Source: a virus (Duplodnaviria; Caudoviricetes). Taken from it: 64,000 nt of DNA. The stretch lies in IMG/VR virus record IMGVR_UViG_2654588123_000001, positions 1-64,000 of that record; one strand, given 5' to 3'. Position numbers and translations under genes: made by a program. A model generated the notes under the pieces. That model did no database searches and was not told the origin of the DNA. It worked only from the letters and a program-made list of their open reading frames with translations. Shown here one piece after another: positions 36,917 to 45,354 of this stretch; position 1 is the first letter of the stretch; each line of letters begins with the position of its first letter.

Positions 36917-38144
36917 CCTTAACCTCCAATTCGTCATACCGGTAGGTCAAGCCATCCCGGACGACTTCTACATTTTCGGAACTGCCCACCTGCTCGATGT
37001 ACCGTTTCACTATCACATCGCAGAATTTTTCGTCCAGCTCTATGGTGTAGCAAATCCGGTCGGTCTGCTCACAGGCAATGAGCGTAGAACCGCTGCCACC
37101 GAACGGATCCAAGACATTAAAGTTGGACATGCTGGAATTCAGGATCGGATACGCCAACAGCGGCACCGGCTTCATGGTCGGATGATCCGCATTCTTCTTC
37201 GGTTTGTCAAACTCCCAAATTGTTGATTCTTTTCGTCCTGTGTACCATTCATGTTTGCCGGTTTTCTTCCAGCCGAACAGGATGGGTTCGTGCTTCCACT
37301 GATACGGAGACCTGCCCAAAACGAGGCTTTGCTTGACCCAGATGCAGGTTCCGGACAAATAAAAACCCGCATCGCTAAAAGCTTTGCGGAAGTTGAGTCC
37401 CTCTGTATCTGCGTGGAACACATAGATGCTGGCATTGTCCGTCATCACCTGTTCCATATTTGTAAAGGCCGCCAACAGGAACTGATAAAAGTCATCGTTG
37501 TTCATGTTGTCGTTCTTGATTTTTCCGGCGGTGCCTTCGTAGTTGACGTTGTACGGAGGGTCGGTCACCACCAGGTTCGCCCTGTGACCACACATCAATG
37601 CGTCATAAGATTTCTCGTCCGTGCTGTCCCCGCAGTACAGCCGGTGCCGGCCTAATTTCCACAGGTCGCCACGCCGGGTCATGCAGGGTTTCTTCAGTTC
37701 TGCGTCAACATCAAAATCATCATCCTTGACGCCATTTTTTATATCGTCTTTAAACAGATCATCCAATTCCGCTGCCTCAAAGCCGGTAAGCGACACATCA
37801 AAGTCCGCTGCCTGCAAATCGTAAATCAGTGCCTGCAACTTTCCTTTGTCCCAATCGCCGCTGATTTTGTTCAACGCTACGTTGAGCGCCTTTTCCTTTT
37901 CCGGTGGGAAGTCCACTACTACACAGTCCAATTCAGTAATGCCCAAGTCGCGCAGCACTTTCCAGCGTTGGTGGCCTCCAACGATGTTCCCTGTCTGTTT
38001 GTTCCAAATCACCGGCTCCACGTAACCGAATTCCTGAATACTGCGTTTCAGCTTTTCATACTCCGGGTCACCCGGCTGCAAGTCCTTCCTTGGGTTATAG
38101 TCCGCCGGGATAAGCTCGTCCAGCTTTTTTGTGATGATTTCCAT
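36885..38144 (-). CDS. ParB-N-domain N6/N4 DNA methyltransferase
   Basis: ParB-like YNPRKDL...IVGGHQR; DPPY; HPTMKP; LDPFGGSGST. Confidence 0.93.
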   Translation of the reverse strand: MEIITKKLDELIPADYNPRKDLQPGDPEYEKLKRSIQEFGYVEPVIWNKQTGNIVGGHQRWKVLRDLGITELDCVVVDFPPEKEKALNVALNKISGDWDKGKLQALIYDLQAADFDVSLTGFEAAELDDLFKDDIKNGVKDDDFDVDAELKKPCMTRRGDLWKLGRHRLYCGDSTDEKSYDALMCGHRANLVVTDPPYNVNYEGTAGKIKNDNMNNDDFYQFLLAAFTNMEQVMTDNASIYVFHADTEGLNFRKAFSDAGFYLSGTCIWVKQSLVLGRSPYQWKHEPILFGWKKTGKHEWYTGRKESTIWEFDKPKKNADHPTMKPVPLLAYPILNSSMSNFNVLDPFGGSGSTLIACEQTDRICYTIELDEKFCDVIVKRYIEQVGSSENVEVVRDGLTYRYDELEVKDGNTDAGESV

Positions 38145-38180
38145 CCTGCCTCCTTCTCGGCAGGAGTGGTCACCCGCCGA

Positions 38181-38573
38181 CTAATATGTAATAGTTTTAA
38201 TTCGCAATCCGTACTTTTCCGCAAGCCGAACCATCGATGCCGTTCCCCGGCTTTTCCCGTCCCAGAATGCAACGAGCATCCCGTCACGTTCTGTGGCATA
38301 TTCCGCCATCTTCCGGTTGCGGATAGGCCCCGCGGCCTTCCCGTATGCCAACCAGTCAGCCGGAAACCGTTTCACCGGAATCCCATGCTCCGTTGCGTAA
38401 TGTTCGCCCAGGGCATCCGCCCCACGGCAGCATCCCGATACGATTTGCACTTCGGAAAATGTGTATTTTTCCAGAACCGCGTCCAGGGTTTGCGACAGGA
38501 GTGCATAGTCTGTGAAATCCCGTCCTCCCGCCACGATGATCCTGACCTGTTTACCAAATAATGTAGTAGTCAT
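38181..38573 (-). CDS. SLOG-family (YspA/DUF2493-like) protein
   Basis: IIVAGGRDF...VSGCCRGAD...YGKAAGPIRNRKM...AFWDGKSRGT. Confidence 0.85.
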   Translation of the reverse strand: MTTTLFGKQVRIIVAGGRDFTDYALLSQTLDAVLEKYTFSEVQIVSGCCRGADALGEHYATEHGIPVKRFPADWLAYGKAAGPIRNRKMAEYATERDGMLVAFWDGKSRGTASMVRLAEKYGLRIKTITY

Positions 38574-38658
38574 GTGTATGCCCTCCTTTTCCGGGTCAGA
38601 CACATATTCCCGTACTATCCGGTAAATAGCAAGTCAGTTTTCAAGTATACTTTCTGTG

Positions 38659-39552
38659 TCACTGGTTCCGTATGGCTACCACAACAAGCACCGTGTGGCC
38701 TTTCTCGAGCAAAAGCTGCCGCGTCTCCCGGATGGTGATGCCTGTCGTGATGATGTCATCAAACAGGATGACGTTCGGTTCCACGGGGTCGCGGTTCAGG
38801 ATGAACTCCGGCTCGATGCGGCTCCGGTTCTTTGTCAGTACCACATCCTCATAAAACTGGATGCCCAGTTCCTCTTCCGCCAACTTGCATATCTCGGTAG
38901 CGAAGTGGAAACCCGTCTGGTGCCGTCTCCGTGGGGTTGTACATAAACACCAGCGATTTCGGGCAAGGTTGTCACCCAGGCTGCGTTCCAGGTAGTCCGC
39001 AAGGTTGAAGGCGAACGGCCGTACCGCACTCGGGTCAGCCTTGATCTCTTCCAGCGGCCTGCCTTTCTTCCCCGTCGCGAAAAACGTGGTATAAAAAAAG
39101 CCGGCCTTTTCCCGCGTCACTATGTGCTGTTTCATGTCGCACAGCTTTGCGGAAACTTTCCAGCTTTCCCGTTTCGTGTATTCATTTGGATTTTCGAAGC
39201 CGAATTGGCTCATATCAAGACTGATGTCATCCAGTTCTGCCGCCAACAGGTCGTTCAGCCACAGGGAATCTTCCCCGGCTTTGTTGTCTGCCAGCCGATA
39301 CGCCTTCGCCTGTTCCGGCGTCAGGTTCCTTGCGTAGATGACCGGGACTGTCGGAAGCCCCAGCTTCTTTGCCGCCCGATAACGGGTGTGGCCGGCAAGG
39401 ATGATGCCGTGGTCGTCACAGACGATAGGCTGGAGGAAACCGAACTCCCGGATACTCTCCGCCACCTTATCCACCGATTTGGTGTTGTCCCTGGGATTGT
39501 TCCCATACGGATATATCGTCCCTATTGGCACCTGTTGCATCTGCTGTGCCAT
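38659..39552 (-). CDS. ParB/Srx N-terminal domain fused to a phosphoribosyltransferase-like domain
   Basis: N-terminal YGNNPRDN...ILAGHTRYRAA...YRLADNK; C-terminal PRPP-binding-like VILFDDIITTGIT. Confidence 0.8.
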   Translation of the reverse strand: MAQQMQQVPIGTIYPYGNNPRDNTKSVDKVAESIREFGFLQPIVCDDHGIILAGHTRYRAAKKLGLPTVPVIYARNLTPEQAKAYRLADNKAGEDSLWLNDLLAAELDDISLDMSQFGFENPNEYTKRESWKVSAKLCDMKQHIVTREKAGFFYTTFFATGKKGRPLEEIKADPSAVRPFAFNLADYLERSLGDNLARNRWCLCTTPRRRHQTGFHFATEICKLAEEELGIQFYEDVVLTKNRSRIEPEFILNRDPVEPNVILFDDIITTGITIRETRQLLLEKGHTVLVVVAIRNQ

Positions 39553-39713
39553 GTGTGTACCTCTCTTTGTTCTTTTCGAAGCAGCCGCTGCAGCCCTTTT
39601 TCCGCTTCAGCCACATTGCCTTTGACGGCCTGCCCTTTCAAAGTTCTGTACTGTTGTGGCGTCAGATATTTTTTGCACAGCTTCAGCTGATGCATAAACT
39701 CATACACGTTCAT
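39522..39713 (-). CDS. Small conserved phage protein
   Basis: LTPQQYRTLKGQAVKGNVAEAEKGLQRLL; ATGA overlap with the terS stop. Confidence 0.65.
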   Translation of the reverse strand: MNVYEFMHQLKLCKKYLTPQQYRTLKGQAVKGNVAEAEKGLQRLLRKEQREVHTWHSRCNRCQ

Positions 39714-40267
39714 CCCATACGCCCCTTCCTGGCCATCAGCAGTTTTTCCATCAAATCGTCCTGTGGACTTTCCCCGCCATACTCGCTGGCGCAGTTCTCT
39801 TTCACGATTTGGAATATCTCCATCCAAATCCGGTTCGCCTGGGATTTGTAGTCCTCCCCCATGGCCACGAACGGGCTTCTCTGCGCCTTGCCCGTTGTGG
39901 GATGCTTCGCAAGGTGACCAAATTCCGTCACCGCTGCCTCACACTGCATCCACCGGGCATAACTCATGGAATACATTTCTAAAAGCTGCTTTGAAATTAA
40001 AGAGGAGCAACCCCTTTCATGGAGCCACTCCCACGCTTCTTTATATATTTCATCCGCCTGCAGCGGTTTTCCGTCTTTTTGTACCGCCGACAACATTTCG
40101 GAAGGCTTCGGCATCTCCTGCCCTTCCAGCTCGGCTGCGTTATCAAAATTTATGACCGTGATGGTGCGTTTACCAGGGTTGCCTTCCATAATCTTGTCCG
40201 CCAGCGGCTTTTTCTTCGCCCCGGCACCTGGCCTGGCACCTCCACGGTTCGTTCCGTCCTTCGCCAA
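39710..40267 (-). CDS. terS: Terminase small subunit (P27 family)
   Basis: MAKDGTNRGGARPGAGAKKKP...YARWMQCE...HPTTG...DDLMEKLL. Confidence 0.88.
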   Translation of the reverse strand: MAKDGTNRGGARPGAGAKKKPLADKIMEGNPGKRTITVINFDNAAELEGQEMPKPSEMLSAVQKDGKPLQADEIYKEAWEWLHERGCSSLISKQLLEMYSMSYARWMQCEAAVTEFGHLAKHPTTGKAQRSPFVAMGEDYKSQANRIWMEIFQIVKENCASEYGGESPQDDLMEKLLMARKGRMG

Positions 40268-40390
40268 ATTTCATCAACTCCTGTTCCTGGGACCTATTAC
40301 CCTGTTTGATTCTGCGTTTTTGTTTACGCGACCCCCCGCCCGGTCTGATTTCCAGCCTCCCTTGAGGTCAGGAACCCCCCTGGGGTGCGT

Positions 40391-40771
40391 TTAAATGCCC
40401 GAGCATTTGCCCCGGTACTTACGGAACCTGTCTCCCATCTCCACGCTTATCCTGGAGTGGCAGGGTTTGCACAGCGCCATAAGGTTCTCCTCGTCGTTCG
40501 TACCACCGTGACCCAGGGGAAGGATGTGGTGGACCTCCGTCGCCACGGTCAGCCTGCCTTCCTTCCTGCACTGCTCACACAGAGGGTGTGCGGCAAGGAA
40601 CCTGGCACGGATCTTCTGCCATGCGCTGCCGTACCTCCTCTTCGCCACAGGGTCACGGCCATACTTCTCGTAGCGCCTGCTCTCCAGCTTCCTGTGCTCC
40701 TCGCAGTACCGTTCATCCGTCAGTCGCGGGCAGCCTGGGTACCGGCACGGGTGCTTCGGCTTCCTCGGCAT
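40391..40771 (-). CDS. HNH endonuclease (packaging-associated)
   Basis: CRYPGCP...CEEH; LCEQC...EVHHILPLGHGGTNDEENLMALCKPCH. Confidence 0.93.
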   Translation of the reverse strand: MPRKPKHPCRYPGCPRLTDERYCEEHRKLESRRYEKYGRDPVAKRRYGSAWQKIRARFLAAHPLCEQCRKEGRLTVATEVHHILPLGHGGTNDEENLMALCKPCHSRISVEMGDRFRKYRGKCSGI

Positions 40772-40995
40772 CCCCATCACCTCCGGGCATAGAAAAAGCC
40801 CACGGAAGATTCGCTCTCCCGCGGGCCGCTCCATATTCTCATACTTTTGTCATTATAATTATATCACAAACCCTGTGTGCAAATCTCTGCAAAAAGGTGA
40901 AAGGTTTCATTTTTTTCTAAAACTCATCACCATTTTGCACCTTTTTGCACACTGCGAAACATGGTCTGTTTCCCATCACCAACTGTGCCAGGAAC

Positions 40996-41222
40996 TGTCA
41001 GAAGCAAAAGTGCTTCAAACCCAGTAACCACGGGCTTATGTCATACTTTGACAGTGCTATCCTTAACTTTTACTATAGGGATTTTTTATTTTTCCCCTAT
41101 AAAAGTTATATATAAGAGTGTCAGACAGTGACATAAGTAGTGCCAAACCCTAGATGGTTACTGGCTTTGACACAGTTTCATAAATTGATTCGTGCGACAT
41201 ATTATGACAGTCTATGCTGTCA
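40996..41222. repeat. Non-coding region with 8 TGACA/TGTCA pentamers and nested inverted repeats (origin-like)
   Basis: Pentamers at 40996, 41039, 41049, 41119, 41129, 41168, 41205 and 41218; inverted repeats CCAGTAACCA/TGGTTACTGG and TATAGGG/CCCTATA around an AT-rich core. Confidence 0.6.
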
Positions 41223-41265
41223 TACTTAAATATAGTGTTTTAGCCTGCCTGTTTCTTGTAGCAAC

Positions 41266-41296
41266 AAAAAACGCCCGCCTCGTTTCCGGAGCGGGC
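41266..41296 (-). terminator. Terminator closing the AT-rich cassette
   Basis: GCCCGC...GCGGGC stem followed by TTTTTT on the minus strand. Confidence 0.7.
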
Positions 41297-41361
41297 ATCT
41301 TGTCACCTATTATTTTTTCGCTTTCCTCGCGGCTTTCTTTGTGAATTACTCTTGTGTTATA

Positions 41362-41520
41362 TCACCTGAATAAGAAGGTCATATTTAACCGCAAAGGTTT
41401 GAATGTATTTAAGAAAAGACTCCCCACACTAGAAAGGAACATTAAACACCAAACTCTCAGGCAAATCACCAACAAAATCTTACACAACATCCACAAATTA
41501 TGGAAAATCCTGTCCAACAT
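41362..41520 (-). CDS. 52-aa hydrophobic peptide (not in the ORF track)
   Basis: MLDRIFHNLWMLCKILLVICLRVWCLMFLSSVGSLFLNTFKPLRLNMTFLFR*; AAGGAG RBS 7 nt upstream, right after the previous stop. Confidence 0.45.
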   Translation of the reverse strand: MLDRIFHNLWMLCKILLVICLRVWCLMFLSSVGSLFLNTFKPLRLNMTFLFR

Positions 41521-41531
41521 TTTGATTCTCC

Positions 41532-42140
41532 TTACACGCTTTTAAATGTATCAAAAAATTTATTGTTTTCTTCCATCATCTGCCTGTATTCGGTTATCAA
41601 ATTATAGAAGGTAGCCCGTTTCAGTCCTGTTTTTTCCAAGAAATCCTTGGATGCTATCTTTCCATTTTCCCACTGTTCATATAACTCTGCCCAGTTTTCG
41701 GGGAACTCTATGCGGCTTCTCCCCGCGTTTGATTTCCTGTTTTCAGGCATCTTCACAATCCGTTTCCCAGCCTGCGCCAGGATCGATTGCTGTATCGTCT
41801 GCAGGATTGCCTGATTTAACGGTTCTGATACACCCCATATGTATGTCGTCTTAAAATCATATATGAGCAGGATACGGGGCTTCTTTATAAACCAATCCAA
41901 CTGCGTGACAACCTCGGCTTCATTCAGACCTAACGACGCGGGATTGGTTATGATGCACACATCATCTTCCTGCAGCATGTCCTTCAACTTTTCCAACTCT
42001 GCAAAACTCCGCCGTGGCTCACGACTGATATAAATCTCGCGATGCTTATAAAACACGCCTATGCTCTGCAACACATACTGCAGTTCTTCTATCCTGTCTT
42101 CCTGTTTCGCGTAAAGATATATATTTCCTATCCTGTTCAT
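41532..42140 (-). CDS. Degenerate resolvase-like protein with C-terminal HTH
   Basis: Resolvase-like fold pattern (IYLYAK...RRSFAELEKLKDMLQEDDVCIITNPASLG) lacking the YxRVS catalytic Ser; C-terminal AGRSRIEFP...KTGLKRATFYNL HTH. Confidence 0.65.
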   Translation of the reverse strand: MNRIGNIYLYAKQEDRIEELQYVLQSIGVFYKHREIYISREPRRSFAELEKLKDMLQEDDVCIITNPASLGLNEAEVVTQLDWFIKKPRILLIYDFKTTYIWGVSEPLNQAILQTIQQSILAQAGKRIVKMPENRKSNAGRSRIEFPENWAELYEQWENGKIASKDFLEKTGLKRATFYNLITEYRQMMEENNKFFDTFKSV

Positions 42141-42153
42141 CAAATCACCACCT

Positions 42154-45100
42154 TTATGAAAGCAGGTTCTTGATTTTGGCACGCAAGCCCGTATCAAACT
42201 TAAAGCCTAAAAAATACTCCAGTTCCATACGGTCAAACCGTATCTTTGCACAATTCGTATCCGGTATTATGGTCGCACAAAGCTCGTTGGGAAGGGAATT
42301 TGCCCACTTCGTGCACAGTTTTTCACCTATGTTTTTATCCAGACAAATTATAACAAATTTTTCCTCAACCTTAAACATCTTTCTATTAGACCGATAAAGA
42401 TCCTTTATTTCGTCCAATGCCTCTTCATAAGTAGGACGCGAATTATCACCATAATCCTCATCCCATGATAACACCTTCATATATTTTGGAACTTCATACC
42501 CATACTGACGAATAATATCCAAAATAATTTCCGAAGACCGTTTCATCAGTTCCGGAGAATATGTATCAGACAAATCTTTGCTTGTGTCAATCTTATCTAG
42601 TTCGTCAATCACATAAGGAAGCATCATAGACAGATATTTCCGATAAAACGCGTTTCCCATCCTATGAATGATATGACCGCCTAATGTCTCATATTCCCTG
42701 CGAATCTGTTTACTGGGGAACTTAATATTATAAGTCAGGAAAATCATCCGTTTACGGAGTTCTTTTTTAGGAGACGGATTATCATTACTGGCAAAGATAA
42801 CCAACGGCTGGTTTTCGCGCATATGTTCTTCGCAACTTTGCGGGGACTTAATCATTTTACCAAATGAACTGACAAAATATTTATCTACTTCGTCAACAAA
42901 AATAGGAATACATTGATGAGACTCCTGGTAAGCAGCTAAATGGTCTCCTTTTGATACCGTTTTAGTACCCAATTGCTCATATTTATATCCGTTAACTTCT
43001 TTTCCCGTCATCATCTTTAATCCCAGTCTTACCATAAATGTTTTCCCGCCGTCAGCTTTTGAATTTAAAAGCATGTACAGCGGAAGGGCTGATAATCCTT
43101 CAATTTTCTTGACTTTAGCCCTGCAACGGAATATGGCATTAAAAACAGAAGAAAACATGGCGTTCAATAGTTTAAAATGATTGTGCTGTGCCGGCAAGAT
43201 ATTTCTAACCGGAACAAAACTCTTATAGTTTTCAAATGCCCCCAGCAAAAGCGATATATCCGTTTTCACTTCGTCATCAGAAGGGGACAAGTCTAATTCC
43301 TCATTACCAATGAAAACTTTATGAGCGCCGTAATCTATATTCATTCGGGGATAACCTTCAGATATCTGTTCCACTGTAACTTTTTTCAAACGGCACGTTT
43401 CTTCATTTACAAGAATTTTGTTTATCGTTTTAGCCGTAATTACTACATAGCCGTCTTTATTTTCCTTTAGCCTGGTGTTCTTTAAACATTCCTTGTACAG
43501 CGGTTCAAACTCTTCCATATCCTTATTGTAATTTACAATAGTTAACTTTGTTTCTGGATTATCAACTTTTTGAACAACAATCGCAGTATCCACATATTTC
43601 GTTGCCTCTTCAATAATGGGATTCTCTTTAAGAGAAACTGGATCATTTTCATTCATAACCGCAGTATCTTCCTGTACGTTGGCATCTAAAACCACAGAAG
43701 AAGATAAGCTCTGTATTGTCTTAAAATCCTGTAAAACCATCTCATAAAATTCGTTATCGTCACAGAACGGATAATCTTCAATATGATGGTTCACATTCCA
43801 TGCCGAGCCGGACAAATTAGCAGAAGGAAAAATAACGCGGGTGCGACCATCATCTGCTTTCAATAAATAAATCTTCCTGTGGTCACACAGAAATTTAGGA
43901 CATTTAATGTTTACCTCGCCTTCGATAACACGTTTCGCAAATTCCTGATTATTACAAGCCAGTCGTTTCACGTTATGAGCGGACGCCAATATATATGCCA
44001 TTTGTTCTGTAAGGGATTTATTAATCTTTTCACTCAAAAATTCGGCACCGACCACGATATCCACAGTTTTAAATTTACTGCTCAATCTGGCTGCAAAGTT
44101 AAAATCAAACGAAAATGTAATTACCTTCAAATCTGTGTATTCGCCTTCAAATAGATCCAAAGGATCTTGAAACAGCATCTCTTTAAAGTTCATGGAATAA
44201 CATCTTGCCTTAAATCTATCTGTTCCTGCGCACACAAATAAAATTTTCTCACACGTAAACGTGTGCGGAAATTTTTCTTTTATTACTTCAGCAACCTCAG
44301 TCAGATTTTTACAATTTTCAAACTCAACAACTTCCGTAAGATGAATATCCTTATTGTAATCCGTGACCACGAAGTCTGTATCCTGGTTAGAAATATTTGG
44401 TAACGCATTCCAGTTCCAAACCCCAATCGCAGAATCAACATCTGGACCGTTCTTCCAGAACAAGCTTTTACGGTTTTCGAAGTATTTAGGTTTATTAGGG
44501 TCAAACATAAAAATCCTGATTTCCCCATTAACTATATCAGCAATGCGATTAATCCATCTTTTTTCAGCAAAATGGTCTTGTTTCACCTGCCCAATAGATA
44601 TATGCTGAAATTTGTTTTCGACAATATTTTCTTCATCGTCAGCGTAATTCGCCAAATCTCTATAGTGGTCTAACTCGGACTGTATTGCTGTAATGTTTTT
44701 GTCTTTACTTTCTAATTCTGCTTGTAATTGAACAATCTCATCATTAGTTGCATTATATTTTGTTTCTACAGCAGTCAAGGTTTGTTCTTTTTCTCTAATG
44801 ACTTCTTCTAATTCATTTATTCTATTATTTGCCTTAACTAATTCCTCCTTAATTTCACTAATAGCGTTAGTTGTATTCGAAAACTTCACTTTTGGCTGTA
44901 TCAAAAGCACGTCTTTAAAAAGTTTAATATAATCCTTGCTCCTAGTATCATTGGTAAGTTTAAAATACAAATCTACATTCTCGTTAAAAACACTTATCGG
45001 AATTGTTTTTAAAAGGGCTTCGTTTTTTGACAACCCTTCATCTTCAAGTTTTTTACTATATACATTAATCTCTCTTAACCATTTCCGAACCACCTCTGTC

Positions 45101-45306
45101 ATAAAACGATTGATGAAAGGTTTTTCTATGTTATTTATTACTAGTGTAATCGTATCCTTATCCGATAACTTTGCAGCACGGAATCCTGGTCGTATATGAG
45201 CAAACTCTTTAGAGTTTTGTTCAAAACATTTACGTATCTCAGAAAGATCTATTTGCTTGCATAAATATTTGATTTCCTCTTTTGTTAAACTAGTAAGTAC
45301 TATCAT
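42154..45306 (-). CDS. 1050-aa fusion: N-terminal domain, coiled coil, PLD nuclease and P-loop NTPase
   Basis: Coiled coil at about aa 150-220; HRKIYLL...FPSANLS PLD motif; SKADGGKT Walker-A-like; IFVDEVD Walker B. Confidence 0.8.
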   Translation of the reverse strand: MIVLTSLTKEEIKYLCKQIDLSEIRKCFEQNSKEFAHIRPGFRAAKLSDKDTITLVINNIEKPFINRFMTEVVRKWLREINVYSKKLEDEGLSKNEALLKTIPISVFNENVDLYFKLTNDTRSKDYIKLFKDVLLIQPKVKFSNTTNAISEIKEELVKANNRINELEEVIREKEQTLTAVETKYNATNDEIVQLQAELESKDKNITAIQSELDHYRDLANYADDEENIVENKFQHISIGQVKQDHFAEKRWINRIADIVNGEIRIFMFDPNKPKYFENRKSLFWKNGPDVDSAIGVWNWNALPNISNQDTDFVVTDYNKDIHLTEVVEFENCKNLTEVAEVIKEKFPHTFTCEKILFVCAGTDRFKARCYSMNFKEMLFQDPLDLFEGEYTDLKVITFSFDFNFAARLSSKFKTVDIVVGAEFLSEKINKSLTEQMAYILASAHNVKRLACNNQEFAKRVIEGEVNIKCPKFLCDHRKIYLLKADDGRTRVIFPSANLSGSAWNVNHHIEDYPFCDDNEFYEMVLQDFKTIQSLSSSVVLDANVQEDTAVMNENDPVSLKENPIIEEATKYVDTAIVVQKVDNPETKLTIVNYNKDMEEFEPLYKECLKNTRLKENKDGYVVITAKTINKILVNEETCRLKKVTVEQISEGYPRMNIDYGAHKVFIGNEELDLSPSDDEVKTDISLLLGAFENYKSFVPVRNILPAQHNHFKLLNAMFSSVFNAIFRCRAKVKKIEGLSALPLYMLLNSKADGGKTFMVRLGLKMMTGKEVNGYKYEQLGTKTVSKGDHLAAYQESHQCIPIFVDEVDKYFVSSFGKMIKSPQSCEEHMRENQPLVIFASNDNPSPKKELRKRMIFLTYNIKFPSKQIRREYETLGGHIIHRMGNAFYRKYLSMMLPYVIDELDKIDTSKDLSDTYSPELMKRSSEIILDIIRQYGYEVPKYMKVLSWDEDYGDNSRPTYEEALDEIKDLYRSNRKMFKVEEKFVIICLDKNIGEKLCTKWANSLPNELCATIIPDTNCAKIRFDRMELEYFLGFKFDTGLRAKIKNLLS

Positions 45307-45354
45307 TTATTAAACCCCTTTCGATTCATTTTTAGAAAAGAAAAAAAGTAAAAC

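Noticed and set aside
41354-41545. 63-aa plus-strand ORF
   Set aside because: It is antisense to the cassette; the minus-strand 52-aa ORF with a strong RBS fits the operon better.
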